A stretch of 64,000 bases of DNA from Trichoplax adhaerens. Its lineage: Eukaryota > Animalia > Placozoa. This document shows, one piece after another, positions 34,960-48,000 of the stretch. Within the stretch, counting starts at the first letter, position 1, and the number at the start of each line of letters is the position of its first letter. The stretch is taken from positions 1,042,106-1,106,105 of the forward strand of contig NW_002060950.1 of NCBI RefSeq assembly GCF_000150275.1, read 5' to 3'. A program made the position numbers and the translations under genes. The notes below the pieces were generated by a model. It was not told the origin of the DNA and did not search any database. It saw only the letters and a list, made by a program, of their open reading frames with translations.

Positions 34960-37900
34960 CGTTATAGATAGTGTGGTTAAGTGAATGAGTTGAGGTAAAT
35001 CGAATTTTAATTGCAAGTCTTACTATCAATAATATCAAGATCGAGATGAAAAAAAATGTGCTGATTAGTTCAGGTATTATTGCTCTTCCATAAATAGAAG
35101 AGTGTTGCAATTAGTCAATGTCGCAACAGAGCTGAATATGAATTCATATGTTGCTGTCGTGTTCCTTAATGATTGGCATGAAAACATCTTGTAATCATAA
35201 TTGAATTAAGTCATTTCTATTGGCATGATATCCATATTGCTCTATTTAGATGAGATCTTGAAGAAAGTTACTAAAAACTGGATATTTGAATTGGAGCATG
35301 ACTGAGAGAGTTTAATAAATCAATGGATGACCCTTTTTCTTTTTATTTCAGACATCTTTTATAAGTTTTCTTTCCAAATTTGCCTCTCACCTGGAATTAT
35401 TACATAATGTGGGGGATATTACAATTTTGGATTATAATGATAGATTGATTCAGAATGCTTTAACAATCTGTTACAGTAATGGATGATAAACTTCGATTCT
35501 ATATTTGACTGTATAGCGATAGAAATTGCGTCATTGAATCTATATCATGTTATGTTGGGCAGTTTATGTGTATTTATCAGGAGGAAGAGGTGGCAATAAA
35601 GCAATACTAGCACTCATACATTCTTACGGAACACTAAGAAAATGTATATAATTAAATAACTACAGTTTTACCATTGGGATATTTTTGTGGTTTAACTCGT
35701 AACATTAACATATAATATAGGCTGTTAAGATAGTACTATTGATTACTTTGCGAAATTTCCCGCTATGATCAAATCCATATACGGGCACATATACGTATAA
35801 AGAGATTTTAATGAAGTAACTTCAGCATTCTCGAATTTATATGCAGTGCTAGAATTTCATGTCAAATGACAACTACCCACTAAACTTACTCACACAGTTA
35901 GGAATACGAGTATATGTAGCTTTACTTTAATTTGTACGTATGCCATAATCGTTGCTGTACATAGAGTAGTCAATATACGTATATGGAATTGGTCTGTGTC
36001 TTAGTTGGATAACGTGATGATTTTTGTCGAAACATTTTATAGTTATTGTCAAGACAAGGGGTTGGTATGCTACTTATTGCTGAATATTAGTAGCTTATAA
36101 ACGTCAATGAAATCAATCTCTAGCTTGATTGTACCTTGGCTTGTCAGCAAGTCTTAGTACTTCCTGTTTCAATTGTTGTCATGTCGCAATTAGACATTCT
36201 TTGCATCTTTATTGTATGTTGAATACATATGAGTACAGACAGTAGCCTGAGGAAATAGAGAAGACCGTTCCTTAAATCAACGATAAATGTTTTAGCCAAG
36301 TTGTCCTTTTGTTGAAATAGAAATGACTGCAGCCATGTCTAAAATTATCCATCGGAATACCTCCTCCTGCTAGGTGTCGTTTACGATACTGTAATTAGAG
36401 AAAAAATAAAAATATTTTACAGAAATTACCACAGCTACTTTCTGAGCTAAATGAATACTAAACGGACTACTTGGCGATTTAAGCATATAAATTTACTAGG
36501 TACTTATATCTAATATTAAACGTGATTACTAGTATTAAGCTAGCCATTTACTCTATGGTTGGCCATCAGGATAAGAGCTACTTTACCTGCATCAAATAGA
36601 TACTCTCTGTTTTAATTGCCGTGAGGGAGTAATTAAACATATTTCACATCTTTATTGTGAATTCATTAAGCAAGCGTCTGAGCGGAAATATATAGAAGTG
36701 GAAAGGTTTTTCTCCTGCAATTAGTTGTAACTACTTTGGTTCAAGTGATCGATTGAAAATACGCGCTGGTAAAAGCTATCAGTCTCACTACTATGAAAAT
36801 GAATATATGTGCACTGTTTGTATTCGCAATATTAATTGCAGGATCTCTTACTATAAGATGACAACAATATATGCTATTTGGAAAGATGCGGTAAGTGAAG
36901 TTATTAATTATAAGGTCTATTAAAACCGAAACAACAAAGTTTGAGTGCGTATATATATAAAAAAAGAGGGGATACAGTAAGACATAAATTGATTTGAATA
37001 TATTCCCAATTAAATTAAACAAATTGAGTGTAATTCACTTTCATCTCTAATCTTACATAGTCTTGTTCAACTGCACATTACAGTCGATAATTAATACATA
37101 AAGTAACAGAAAATTACTTAATTGCCGTTAGCGGCCTTAATGCAGACTGTAGAATGCGAAAATGTGCAAATTGTTTGGATGATTTTACTTCATGTATAAA
37201 TGAACGCAGCTAAATTGATCCCAAGTAATTGTTAAATAATGCGAAATATTGGTTACAATTGTAAATATGAATGTTTTTTCGTTATAAAAGGATTAATAAT
37301 TTTTAACCAAGTCTTTCAATCTATAAATACTTATTATAATAGAGGTCATAACGTAAAAATATCTTTAATTTTTTAGTGGAATTAATAATCGAAACAATAT
37401 CATTCCAATCTATTCGTCGCAAAGGTACTTCAAGATGACTAACCCTAACGTCGGATAATTCTCTAGATACGATATATCGAGAAATTTCTTTGCTCGATCG
37501 AAAACCTTACTCTCTCAATCTTTGATAAGATCAACACCAAACACGATGGAAGTATCTAAATTACAGCTAATCTTATCTAATCAATACTATTCTATTTATA
37601 ATTTGGAAAAAGTAATTCTTGGGATCTATAACGTTATTTTAATATTGTAGATAAAATGAAATGAAAATCATGAATCGAGATATAATCTTAAAATGAGGTT
37701 TGTAATGCATTTTAAATGATGAATCGTCAATTTAAAGACTTTACAACATTTATTGAATGCGAAATGTAAATAAAACAAAGTTGAACTCTCTATGTATCAC
37801 GTATGAAAAAGTGGCCAGACACTAAAAGTGTAATCAAATAGAACACGCGAAGGTTGGCTGCCTAACCTTAGAACTCATATTGTAAATCATAAAATCATTC

Positions 37901-39081
37901 AAATACTCGTAATTTTTAATGATATTTGCGATGATCATATCCTTTTAAGGGGTAGTTGAAGTATAGAGAGATTTTAAAAAGAAGATATTATTCATACGCG
38001 TGTCTTCACTGAGGCTTTACGAAATCCAATAATTAATTATCTTACTGTTTCAAATACGGTATAACTTTTGTTTTCGTCAATAGTAAGAAGAGATTTGTAT
38101 GAGAAATTTTACTACAATAACTCTTATGCCAATAAATTGCTATAGGGCATTAAGGACTTAGACTGTATTGCAAAGAATATAATAGATATTGGGATTACAA
38201 TAATAGTCAATATAATTTAAACTTTGTAAAATCTACAAGTTTCTTATACTGGAATTATAGTTGACCGGATCGGGCTAGATTTCTTTTATCGGCAACAATA
38301 GAATGAATTCGTAAATAGAGATTAGTCCCAAAGTAGATTTAACGGCTTTCGTTTTATTAGTTTATATCAATAAATACTCGCATTTTATGAAATAAATATG
38401 GTGAAAAATACAGATAGAATGAATAAATAAATTACGTGTTAATAATTCTAAATGCCTGACTAGTTGCTAACTAGGAACGGAAATAGGTTTACTTTAAGTA
38501 CCGGTATATATTACAAAAATGAGAATGATATCGAGCTGTGATATTTATACTCTCTAATCCGCTGATTATAGTCATTTCCAATAATCGAAGTACAAATTAT
38601 ATTTCAAATGCCGCTCATTACTTCTAACGTACTCCATTAACGGAATTATATACAATCATATCAATTAGAATACATGAATTGCAGAGAAATGGCAAAGATG
38701 TCATCTCGTAGGATAAATACGCGGCTAAAAATGTTATGAAATTATGAGTCAGTCGATGATAATTTTGCTCGTTATAGTCTATCTACAATGCTAAATAAGG
38801 ACTTTAGCAGTACTGTATCATCTGTTGCTAATAGTTTTCATTACTGAAAGTGAACTACTGTATGACAGTAATATATTTGGTTCTGTATACTATTTAGATT
38901 TTTCATTCTATAATATTACAGAAGTCTCCATGCGTTCTTGTATAAATATTTAACATAGACATTCAATGGTGCTATTAGGATTTATAAACATAATTGTTAT
39001 ATAGAAACATCTTTAAATAGCAGATTTAAGGCGATGAAATTTGAGGATTGTGATTGCTGCATAATCGATAGATCAAGTCCA

Positions 39082-42000
39082 TTATTCACTCATAGTCAAC
39101 ATAGGATAAAAGATAAATTGCAATAGAAAATGGAATACCATTAACGTTGTATTATCCTGATATATACTTTGCTTCTTTAATCCTTCAGAATTAATAGATA
39201 TTAATTCAAGGACTGGTGTATCGCCGCCTAAATTGCTCTTTAAGATACCTTTAAAATCGGCTAGCATACCTTGACGTAATTGATAGATTTGTGTAGCAAA
39301 ATCATGCTCAGCTTCTAAAAGGACATCTAATTCATTACCGCGTTGTGGTATTGGCATTTTAGTACGAATTTGAAATTTATAATGATCATTATTATGTAGA
39401 TGACAACCATCTTGACGCCTTAAACGACATATTGGATCATCAGGATTATCACAGGCTGTATACTTTTTACCGAAAACACAAGTTAACCATTGATGTATTA
39501 ACCAGGGTAAACTACTAAACATATCTTGAAATTTATTATCAATATCGACGACTTCAATTGTGTCTATTTCACCCGACCAGGTAACAATTTGATCAGCTAA
39601 TTGGCGACATTGTACTTGAACACGAGCTTGATTACTTGAATGCCAAGCTGGTGGACCGCAATGGGCAACATATTGCGACCATGATATTCTACTATCTTTA
39701 TTCGATGATGGAATATTAGAAATAATAAAAAATAACAATACTAGCCCTAACATCAAGTAAAAGAGACTTTTCTTGCTCATTGTTAACTTGTTATGATGAC
39801 TAGAATTAGCTTTTGCATCTCCTTGTGACAGATTCGATTGATTATCATCATCATCAAGAACTAAACCTTGATCGACCAGTGTCTTAGGTACTGCAGCTGT
39901 TGCAACAACACGAAATAATCGATCTACAATACCACAACGAAATAATAATCGGATAATCATACCAAATACCATACCAAGTAATGTAAATGCAGCCAACCAA
40001 CCGACAGAACCACGTAATAATCCCGACCAAGTAGAATAACGAAATAGCTCAATCATCAATTGCCACCATGCAATAAATGTTAAGTGAGGTATTAATATTT
40101 GGTGGGTACCTTGCCATTTATGTCGACTAGCCATAGTCACCATGAGACCAGGAAAGATTAAGTGAACACAAGATGCTAAGCTAAAATTTAAATGCAGCCC
40201 ACCAATAATTTCAGTTGATAGAAAATTACTTGCAAATAAGGTCAATAACCAACGAAAAGGCAACCATGTTGGTATGCTATCACTGTGAGCTAAAAATGCC
40301 GATAAAATACGCATGATAACAGCCATGATGGCAATATCATTTTGTGATGATAACAAAGCAAATCCAGTCACAACGACACACATTGACATGAGTGCTAATT
40401 CTGGACATGGTAGCCATGATTTATTAGACAGTGCAAAAAACATTAAAGTACTGAAAAGAACGTTAAAAAAGATTAAATAAGGACGAAGGATAAATACTTG
40501 GTCTTGATCTTGTCGGTTAGTATCACTTGTTAGTGTATTGGATTTTATTTGCTTTTGTTGAAATAATTTAGTCCAAATTTGACCGTTTGCTATCATCTTA
40601 CGTTGTTTAAATATCATTAAAGTACAAATTACCAAGACCATAAAGCCAATGAGGAAAAATAAAGGTGGTAATACTGTAAATAATAAAGCTGATGTACAAT
40701 TGGTATAAATGAAGAGTAATACTAAAGTTTGTAATTGTTCGGTGGGTAAAAGCGATTGGAAAAATTCTTCACTATGTTGCGAGGCTTTGCCAACAATGAA
40801 GTCTTCTGCAGCAAGAAGAGTTCGTTTAGGATAATCAACCAGTATCTAAATAATTATAACATTTACTTTAATATACTGCTATATAGTAGTTTAAATGTGG
40901 ATGGTCTTTAATTGCCCTGTTTAGTAACTGTTTATCTGTCGTCGTCATTGAGAACTAACAAATCTAATAGTCGTCGTCGTTTTTACCTGGTATTTTCTTA
41001 GCTCTATGCGTTTAAAGCGATGTAGAATAGTCTAACCTTAATGTTATGCATTGTAATGTGCTACTATCCCAGCTTATAATTGCTTTCACTTTATGATACT
41101 TAATCTAGCTGAATTGGCATATCAAGCAATATTCTAATTCAGAGTACAGCACTGTCAATAACGAGGTATATCTGCTTGATGGAATTACAATTGATATAAT
41201 TTCTACTTTTTAATGATCTATGCTGTTTATTTTGAATCTTGATTATGCTTTACGATACACGTATAAATATCTAGTGGAGCATTATTGACTACTTGTAAGG
41301 TTAGCTATTGCTGCAGCATATCTGCATTTGCCAATTTGTTCACAACTTGCAACCCAAAGTGCATATGTAAAATATTAGCATTTATACTAAATCGAAGCTC
41401 TATTACTGCATAAAGCTGCATTTTGTACAATAACTGATTTCTTTCCTACGTTAACTGAAGTATGGGGTAGATATCATCTGTTGATGGAGATCTCTGTTAC
41501 TAAATGGATTATCCATGAGAAATCTATTCTTTAAAGCCTAGCAATAGCGATTTCAAAGTAAAGTATCCTTTAAGAGAACTATTCATCAGAAAATTGCTTT
41601 TAATAGCCTAGCAATAGCTCTCAAAGTAAAGTATCCTTCATTTTTAGGACTGCAAGTATAGAGCTCAAAGTTAGCATAGCTGCAACTTTGAAGTGTTTAT
41701 CGTCTACTGATGGAGATTTCTGCTATCAAGTAGACTGTCAATGGAAAAATTGCCTGACAGAGAAAGAATATACCTTTTTGGATGTCATTTTGATCCTTTC
41801 TAATGGTGGTAACTTGGCAATTTCTTCCCAATCTTCATCAAACATACCTTCATCTTTGTTATCGGACATGATTTCTTCCATTTTTTCCGATTCACTTTCC
41901 TTGGTCATAGCTTTTCGCTGAACTTCTTCCTCAATCGGTAATTTTTCTTTATTGTGGTTGTTTGTAGCTTGATCAAGAAAGACTTCTTCATCTTTTGCTT

Positions 42001-45000
42001 CTTCTGGAGTAGATGGTGTCGATACAGTACTTACTGACGAGACCATTTTCTTATTCTGTTGAACATCTTGTATTAATTTGTGCAACGTTGTGGCTCCTTG
42101 GACCGGTTTCGGTGTCGAATTAGATTGAAGTTTTTTATTGCCAACTAAGAAGGAATCATTTTCATCTTCTTTGGATTGGACATAACGTTCCAAGGCTTTT
42201 CCCATAGCACTTTGCCAGCGTATAGAAGCTTTTCGTCGTACGTGTATTTTATGATTTTCATCTTCATAATCTTGTAACATTTCAGCTGCTTGTTGATTAC
42301 CAGAATCAGAGCTTAGCTTTAACCATTGTAAAGCTTCTTTACGATTCCTTTTAACACCAAATCCTTCAAAGTAAAAATTGGATATTTGCAATTGTGCATC
42401 AGCATCGCCATCTCTTGCTTTCTGTAATTCCTCTTTAAATAGCTGTTTGCTTGTTTTCCTATCCTGTTTACCATCAATAGGATTATCTCCTGGCGTAGCA
42501 GGAACTTTAGGCTGGAAGATATTCTTTAACATCTCGCCCGACGTTGCATTGGATGGATGATTTTGATCTTGTTGACTATCTTTAGCTTGTCGGACAAATT
42601 GACTTAAAATACCACTCTTGTTGACAGCTTGACCTTGTGATTGATTTTCTTCAAGTTTTTTACCAAAGGCTTGCAATACTATGGAAGCCATTTTAGGTGA
42701 TGCTAGTTGCTTGTCTGTAGCAGCAGACAAATCTTCGTCATGCTGATTTATATTTTCATCGTTGAATACATGATTATCCGTTGTGGATGAGTCTGCTTTA
42801 TCCTCTGCTTTATTCTTGGTCGTAGCTTGGTGATGTTCTTCCTTACCGCTGTCATGACTAGTTTGTTGTTGGATTTTAGAAGTTGTATTAGCTTGAATAA
42901 ATTGGCCTAATAGAGAAGCATATTGAGTCGATTTCTGGCTATCATCTTGTGGATGAACTGGGCTTGAATCAGTTGGTATTTCATGATTTTCTAATACTTG
43001 GATTGGTGTATCTTGAGCTTCTTCTTGATGATCTGTCCATTCTGCCGGCTGACTAGCATTTTTAATTTTCAGATACATTTTAGCAATAGCCATGCGTGAT
43101 TTTTTCTCACGATTGGTAGATATAACACACCAAATGACATCGGCTTTATTTTGCCTTGTAATACCAATCCTATCGCGTTGGCATTGCGCTAATAATGATG
43201 TTGCTTCGTTATTGCTTTGCTCTGATGATTTAATCAACCAATGGACACCTTGGATAGGATCTTTCTCAACATGAATACCTTGCAAATAGCATTTACCTAC
43301 AGCTAATTGTGCATGTTGTTGGCCATCTTGAGCATGATGGAAACATTCATCGTAAGAAAAGGATTCATCATGAATATGGTAATGTTTCTTTTCATGACTG
43401 CGTTTTTTCTTGGTCGATGGTGTTTTACTTGGATTACTTTTCCCCTCTATAAGCGTCATTGGATCGTTGTCTTCTTCCTTGTTCTTTTCTTCGTCTAGGT
43501 TATCACCATGATCTGTAACATTATCCTTTCCACCTTGATTGGGTAAGAGTTCGTTCTCCGTAACTTCTTCAATGGCAGTTATAGTTTTACTTTGATCCAA
43601 TTTTAATTCTGTTTGATCATCATCATCATCGTCATGATCATCGAGGTCAGAAATACAATCAAAGCTATCCAAAATCTCTCTTGTCATCCGTTTAGAACGG
43701 TAATTGATATCACTATTTTCCTCGTTTTTCTCTACTGATGTATTGGATTCTTTCGATTGACGACGGCTGGAAGCATATTGCTTGCGCCTTAATTTAGGAG
43801 AAATTTCTGGTGACGTAGCTTGGGGAGTTACGCCTGTACTTAAGGATTCGCTACTTGCATGAATAGGATTCCAATTTAATTTATTATTCTCATTTAGATT
43901 AATAATATGTTTAAGTTTACCCTTTAATACAGTTAAGCGGCGCCTTGCTGCTTCCCTTGATAAAGGATTCTTAATTACATTAGTGTTGGCATTGCTATTA
44001 CTGGCCCTATTAGCATCGTCTCGATGATCATCGATTGGGTTGGATGTTTCACCATCATCACCATCATCATTATTATCGTGATTCTCTTGATCAACTCGTT
44101 CATCAAGTTTAGAATTAGTAGCGGTTAAATCTATTGCTGGATGATCTAGTGGTATTGTCCTAGTGGCGATAGAGTCGGTTTCACTTTTACTTTGATTGGA
44201 TGATGGTAGCATGGAGCCATCGATGCTTTGGATATCTGTTGTTGGTTGCTGGATTGCAGGATCATTTTCTGAGCTTGCATCACTTGTATAACTACTTCTA
44301 TCCTCTGATGTACTATTTCCATCGTTACCTTGTGAAACAACGGTTAAATAACGTTGGGAATCATCTTGGATTTCTTCTTCATATTCTTCATCGATATAAT
44401 CTTCATCCGAGTTATAATCTTCATCATCTTCCTCATCGGTTACCTCTTCAGTAAAAACAAGATATCGACTTGAACGATCAAGAACAGAATTGTTGATGGA
44501 TTGATGACCGATTTCTTCATTATTTCCATCATTAGCAACATCGAAAGAAGCAAATGTTAAAAATGAACTTGTCTCACGATATATTTTACGCTTGATTTCT
44601 TGTTCATGTTGAGATGAAGGATGGTCTATGTCATCAGGATGATCACTGGTGGGTATACTTTGATTAAGATTTAATTCATTTTCTGTAGTATTTTCAGCAA
44701 TCGATTCTACTGGAAGCTTAATAATGCGCCGATGAACTGATTTTTTCCTTCCTCGCTTAATTAAATTAGTGTTGAGTTTATTGCTCTCGTCATGATTGCC
44801 TTTACTGATGACACCTCGAAGGCGAGTTTTTAAATCAGGAAAACGTTTACGAAGAAATACCTTGCTCGAGCTCTCCATGGTAGGTTCTACAGCTGCCGAG
44901 CTGGAATCAATATTCTGATTTGCAAAGGTATCTTGATGTACAGTAAGTGGTGTTTGCATTTCCTCAGAGGTTTGATTTGGCTTGATATTTTCTGTCGTAG

Positions 45001-48000
45001 GGCTACCTTTCTCTTCAGTAGCTGTTGTCTCAATTGGAAATGAAGTCGAGTTCGATCTCTTGATGGAGTCGATTTGTGGTTGATGAGGATCCTTATTATT
45101 GGCATGGACTTCTTCATTTCTTGCATAGCTATTACCCGTTGTGCTTGCACTACTATTACGCCTTCGTTTCATGGCGAGAGAGGATGAATTTGCGCTGGAT
45201 GCTATGCTATTATCGCGTGATATTGAATCTTTCTTCTCCTTGGAATAATGAAGCCTTTTTTTCATCTTTAATTTATCTAATACAAAACTACCTCGACGGT
45301 GGTTTACGGTAGCAACCTCAGCAAAGAGTTCATTATCATCGATAATTTGGAAGCCACTTTCTGTTGGTTTACGTCTGATGGCTTTATGTTCATCTTGGCC
45401 TACAGCTTGGCTATCTGCTTCATCTTCTTGTTTTTCATCATTGGTAGTCTGTGATTCTTTATCTTTATCGTCAGTATGGATAAGCTGAGAACGATTATCC
45501 ATAAAGACTTCATCGGGTTGTTGAATATTGGCTACGGAGTTTTCATCCTCTTCTGTACCTGGTTGATGACTATCAGATGTTGAGTTTTCGTCTTCTTTTG
45601 CAGCTGGTTGTTGAACAGCAGACATTGAATTGGCATCATTTTCTGTAACCGATTGATGAATATTGGTTATCAAGTTGTTTTCTGCAGCAAGCTGATGAAT
45701 ATTCGACTTTGAATTTGTATCGTCTTCTCCATCTTCTGATTTTTTACTATTATTTGCAACGGAAGAAGATACTGAAGAGGATTGGATATTCTCTTCTTGA
45801 GCGGATAAACGATTAGCAGATTCCTTTTCAACTGTTGCAGGTAATTGCTTGGAATTATTGACATCTTGCCCATTTTCCTGATCGTTCGATGGCGTTAAAA
45901 ATGTATTAAAGCTCCAAATGGAGCTTGGATTGGTTTCTACGCTATGGAATGGACGTAATTTTTCTAAATCATACAAGGTCAAGATGGGCGTATGATTGGG
46001 CTCGTCCTTTTCCTCTTCAACACCATGGTAGCTATTGGACTGCTTGGTTTCTGCAGAAAGCCTTCGTTCCTGGTGATCGGCATCTTGATCATCTCCTGTT
46101 TGATGTGTTTCCATGCCACTATCAACGCTTGTACACTCCGCTAAACTTTCTGTAATTGAAGTTTGACTTTGGCGTGCTGATGTAGTTTTAGTATCGGCAT
46201 CTTTATCCTTATTTTCTTCCTTTATTTCTTGATTACCAGCTCGACCAGAGATTAAATCAACGCATATAAAATCTTCTGATTCAAATTCCACCGTATCTTG
46301 ACGTTTATTGGATAGTTTCTTGATAGAATCTAAATTTTTCTTCATGGATTTTCCACGCGATCCGGCTACTTTACTTTTAATACTTGATTTAACTCTTCCT
46401 TGATAGAATGATCTTAACAAATTTCCATCGGGTGTATTAACATCTTGGCCGTTTAATGGCATCTGTTGGCTCTCTGTTGTTAATGTATTATCAGTTTCCT
46501 GTCTATCTTTCTCACTATTGGAATATGGATCATTCTCATCTTGAGATTCTACATTTTCACAGTTACTGCTATTATCAGATAGTTGTGAACTTTTAGCCTT
46601 TTGAATATCGGTCATGTTGTCATGATCTCCAATGGTATGAGAATGACCTATCGAGGCTTCCTGTTCTTGGTTCTCGTCATGATTTTCTTCATGGCTCACG
46701 TTCTGACTTTTGCCATGATTCTCGTCGTGATTCTCGTCATGATTCTCGTCTGATTGCTTGGATTGTACCAAATTGGAGGTTGGATTGATATCATACTGAC
46801 TTTCATGATAGGAGTTCAATTTCTCCGAGTTATATCCTTGATGAATACCGTCTTCATGTCTAATTTGCTGGCTAGACAGGCTGGTTTCTTTCTTATATTC
46901 TTCCTGTTGATTGACTGCCAACTGATTAAATCCTTTCTGGCTCTCATTTTCAATCTCTTTATTCGGTTGAGGAATACCATCATCTTGGCTAGGATGAATT
47001 AGACTTGGAGCAGTTACTGGTGAAGCAGATGTTTCATCTTCCAATTCGAAAGGATTTCCAGGTTTATGATCTTGAACTTCGTTTGGATTACTATCATTAC
47101 TGTCGGAATGGTAAGAATGCGTGATTGAAATATTAGAGCCAAGGATAATTTGATTATGAAGAGAACTTGATGCTAGACTTCGGCGAAATTTTAGCTTATC
47201 TAAATTGGTAAAAGATCGACCTCGGTGTGGAATAGTTGGGCGTTCAATATGGCTTAAATCATTGGCGCTATTGGAAAGTTTTTCAGCTTGGATATCGAGC
47301 GATTGTTCCGACAAGCTTGATGTAGAGCCAGCAGCACTTCCTGATTGGCCATGGTAAGAGTGCTGATGCAATGTACTATTCCATTCTAGGCTGTTAGTAG
47401 ATGGATTTCGTGAAGAATTTCGAGACGAGCGAGGTGTTGTATCCACATTCATTGAGCTACGACTTAATTGTTTCTTGCTTTGTCGCCATTTACTCACTAC
47501 CGATGAAACTTTATATGCTACACGAGACTGCATTTTATTAGGAGAGGATTGATATTCGCTATTATCAGCTAAGCTTGCTTCATCATTATCGTCGCTACCA
47601 AATGCTACATATAAGAAATCGTCTAAATCGTCGGTTTCTAGCAAACTAGTTGCACCTTGATTGAAATTTTGGATGCTTTTTTCATCTTGATCATCTGCAG
47701 AGTTGGCTTGGGTATCTTCTTCATCCTCTTCTATAAGAAATGGATTACCCGGGATACTAATACTGTCATCATCGTCATCGTCATCGTCATCGAGCCCTTC
47801 AAATGGATTTCTCGGTGGTAGATCTGCAAATGGATTTTCCGATGGTTCATTTTGTGCACTATTCAGATCATCGCTATCATGCCTTTGGCCATTCTGTTGT
47901 CCAGGACTAAGAAATGGATTACCACGATTTGGACTAATGGAGTTATTTTCTACATGATTATTTTCAAACGGATTCTGCGATTGCTGACTATCGACCGTTG

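Noticed and set aside
34883-35110. ORF overlapping MCFD2, and the upstream-extended MCFD2 start at 35016
   Set aside because: Both use TTG starts that are not expected in an animal. The ATG at 34959 gives a proper signal peptide.
35110-39080. Unannotated gene between MCFD2 and WFS1 (e.g. ORF 36741-37022)
   Set aside because: AT-rich, with only low-complexity hydrophobic ORFs and no coherent exon chain.
41960-45520. FFAT-like motifs EEVFLDQ and DEVFMDN in wolframin
   Set aside because: They lack the small residue after Asp and fit the consensus poorly.
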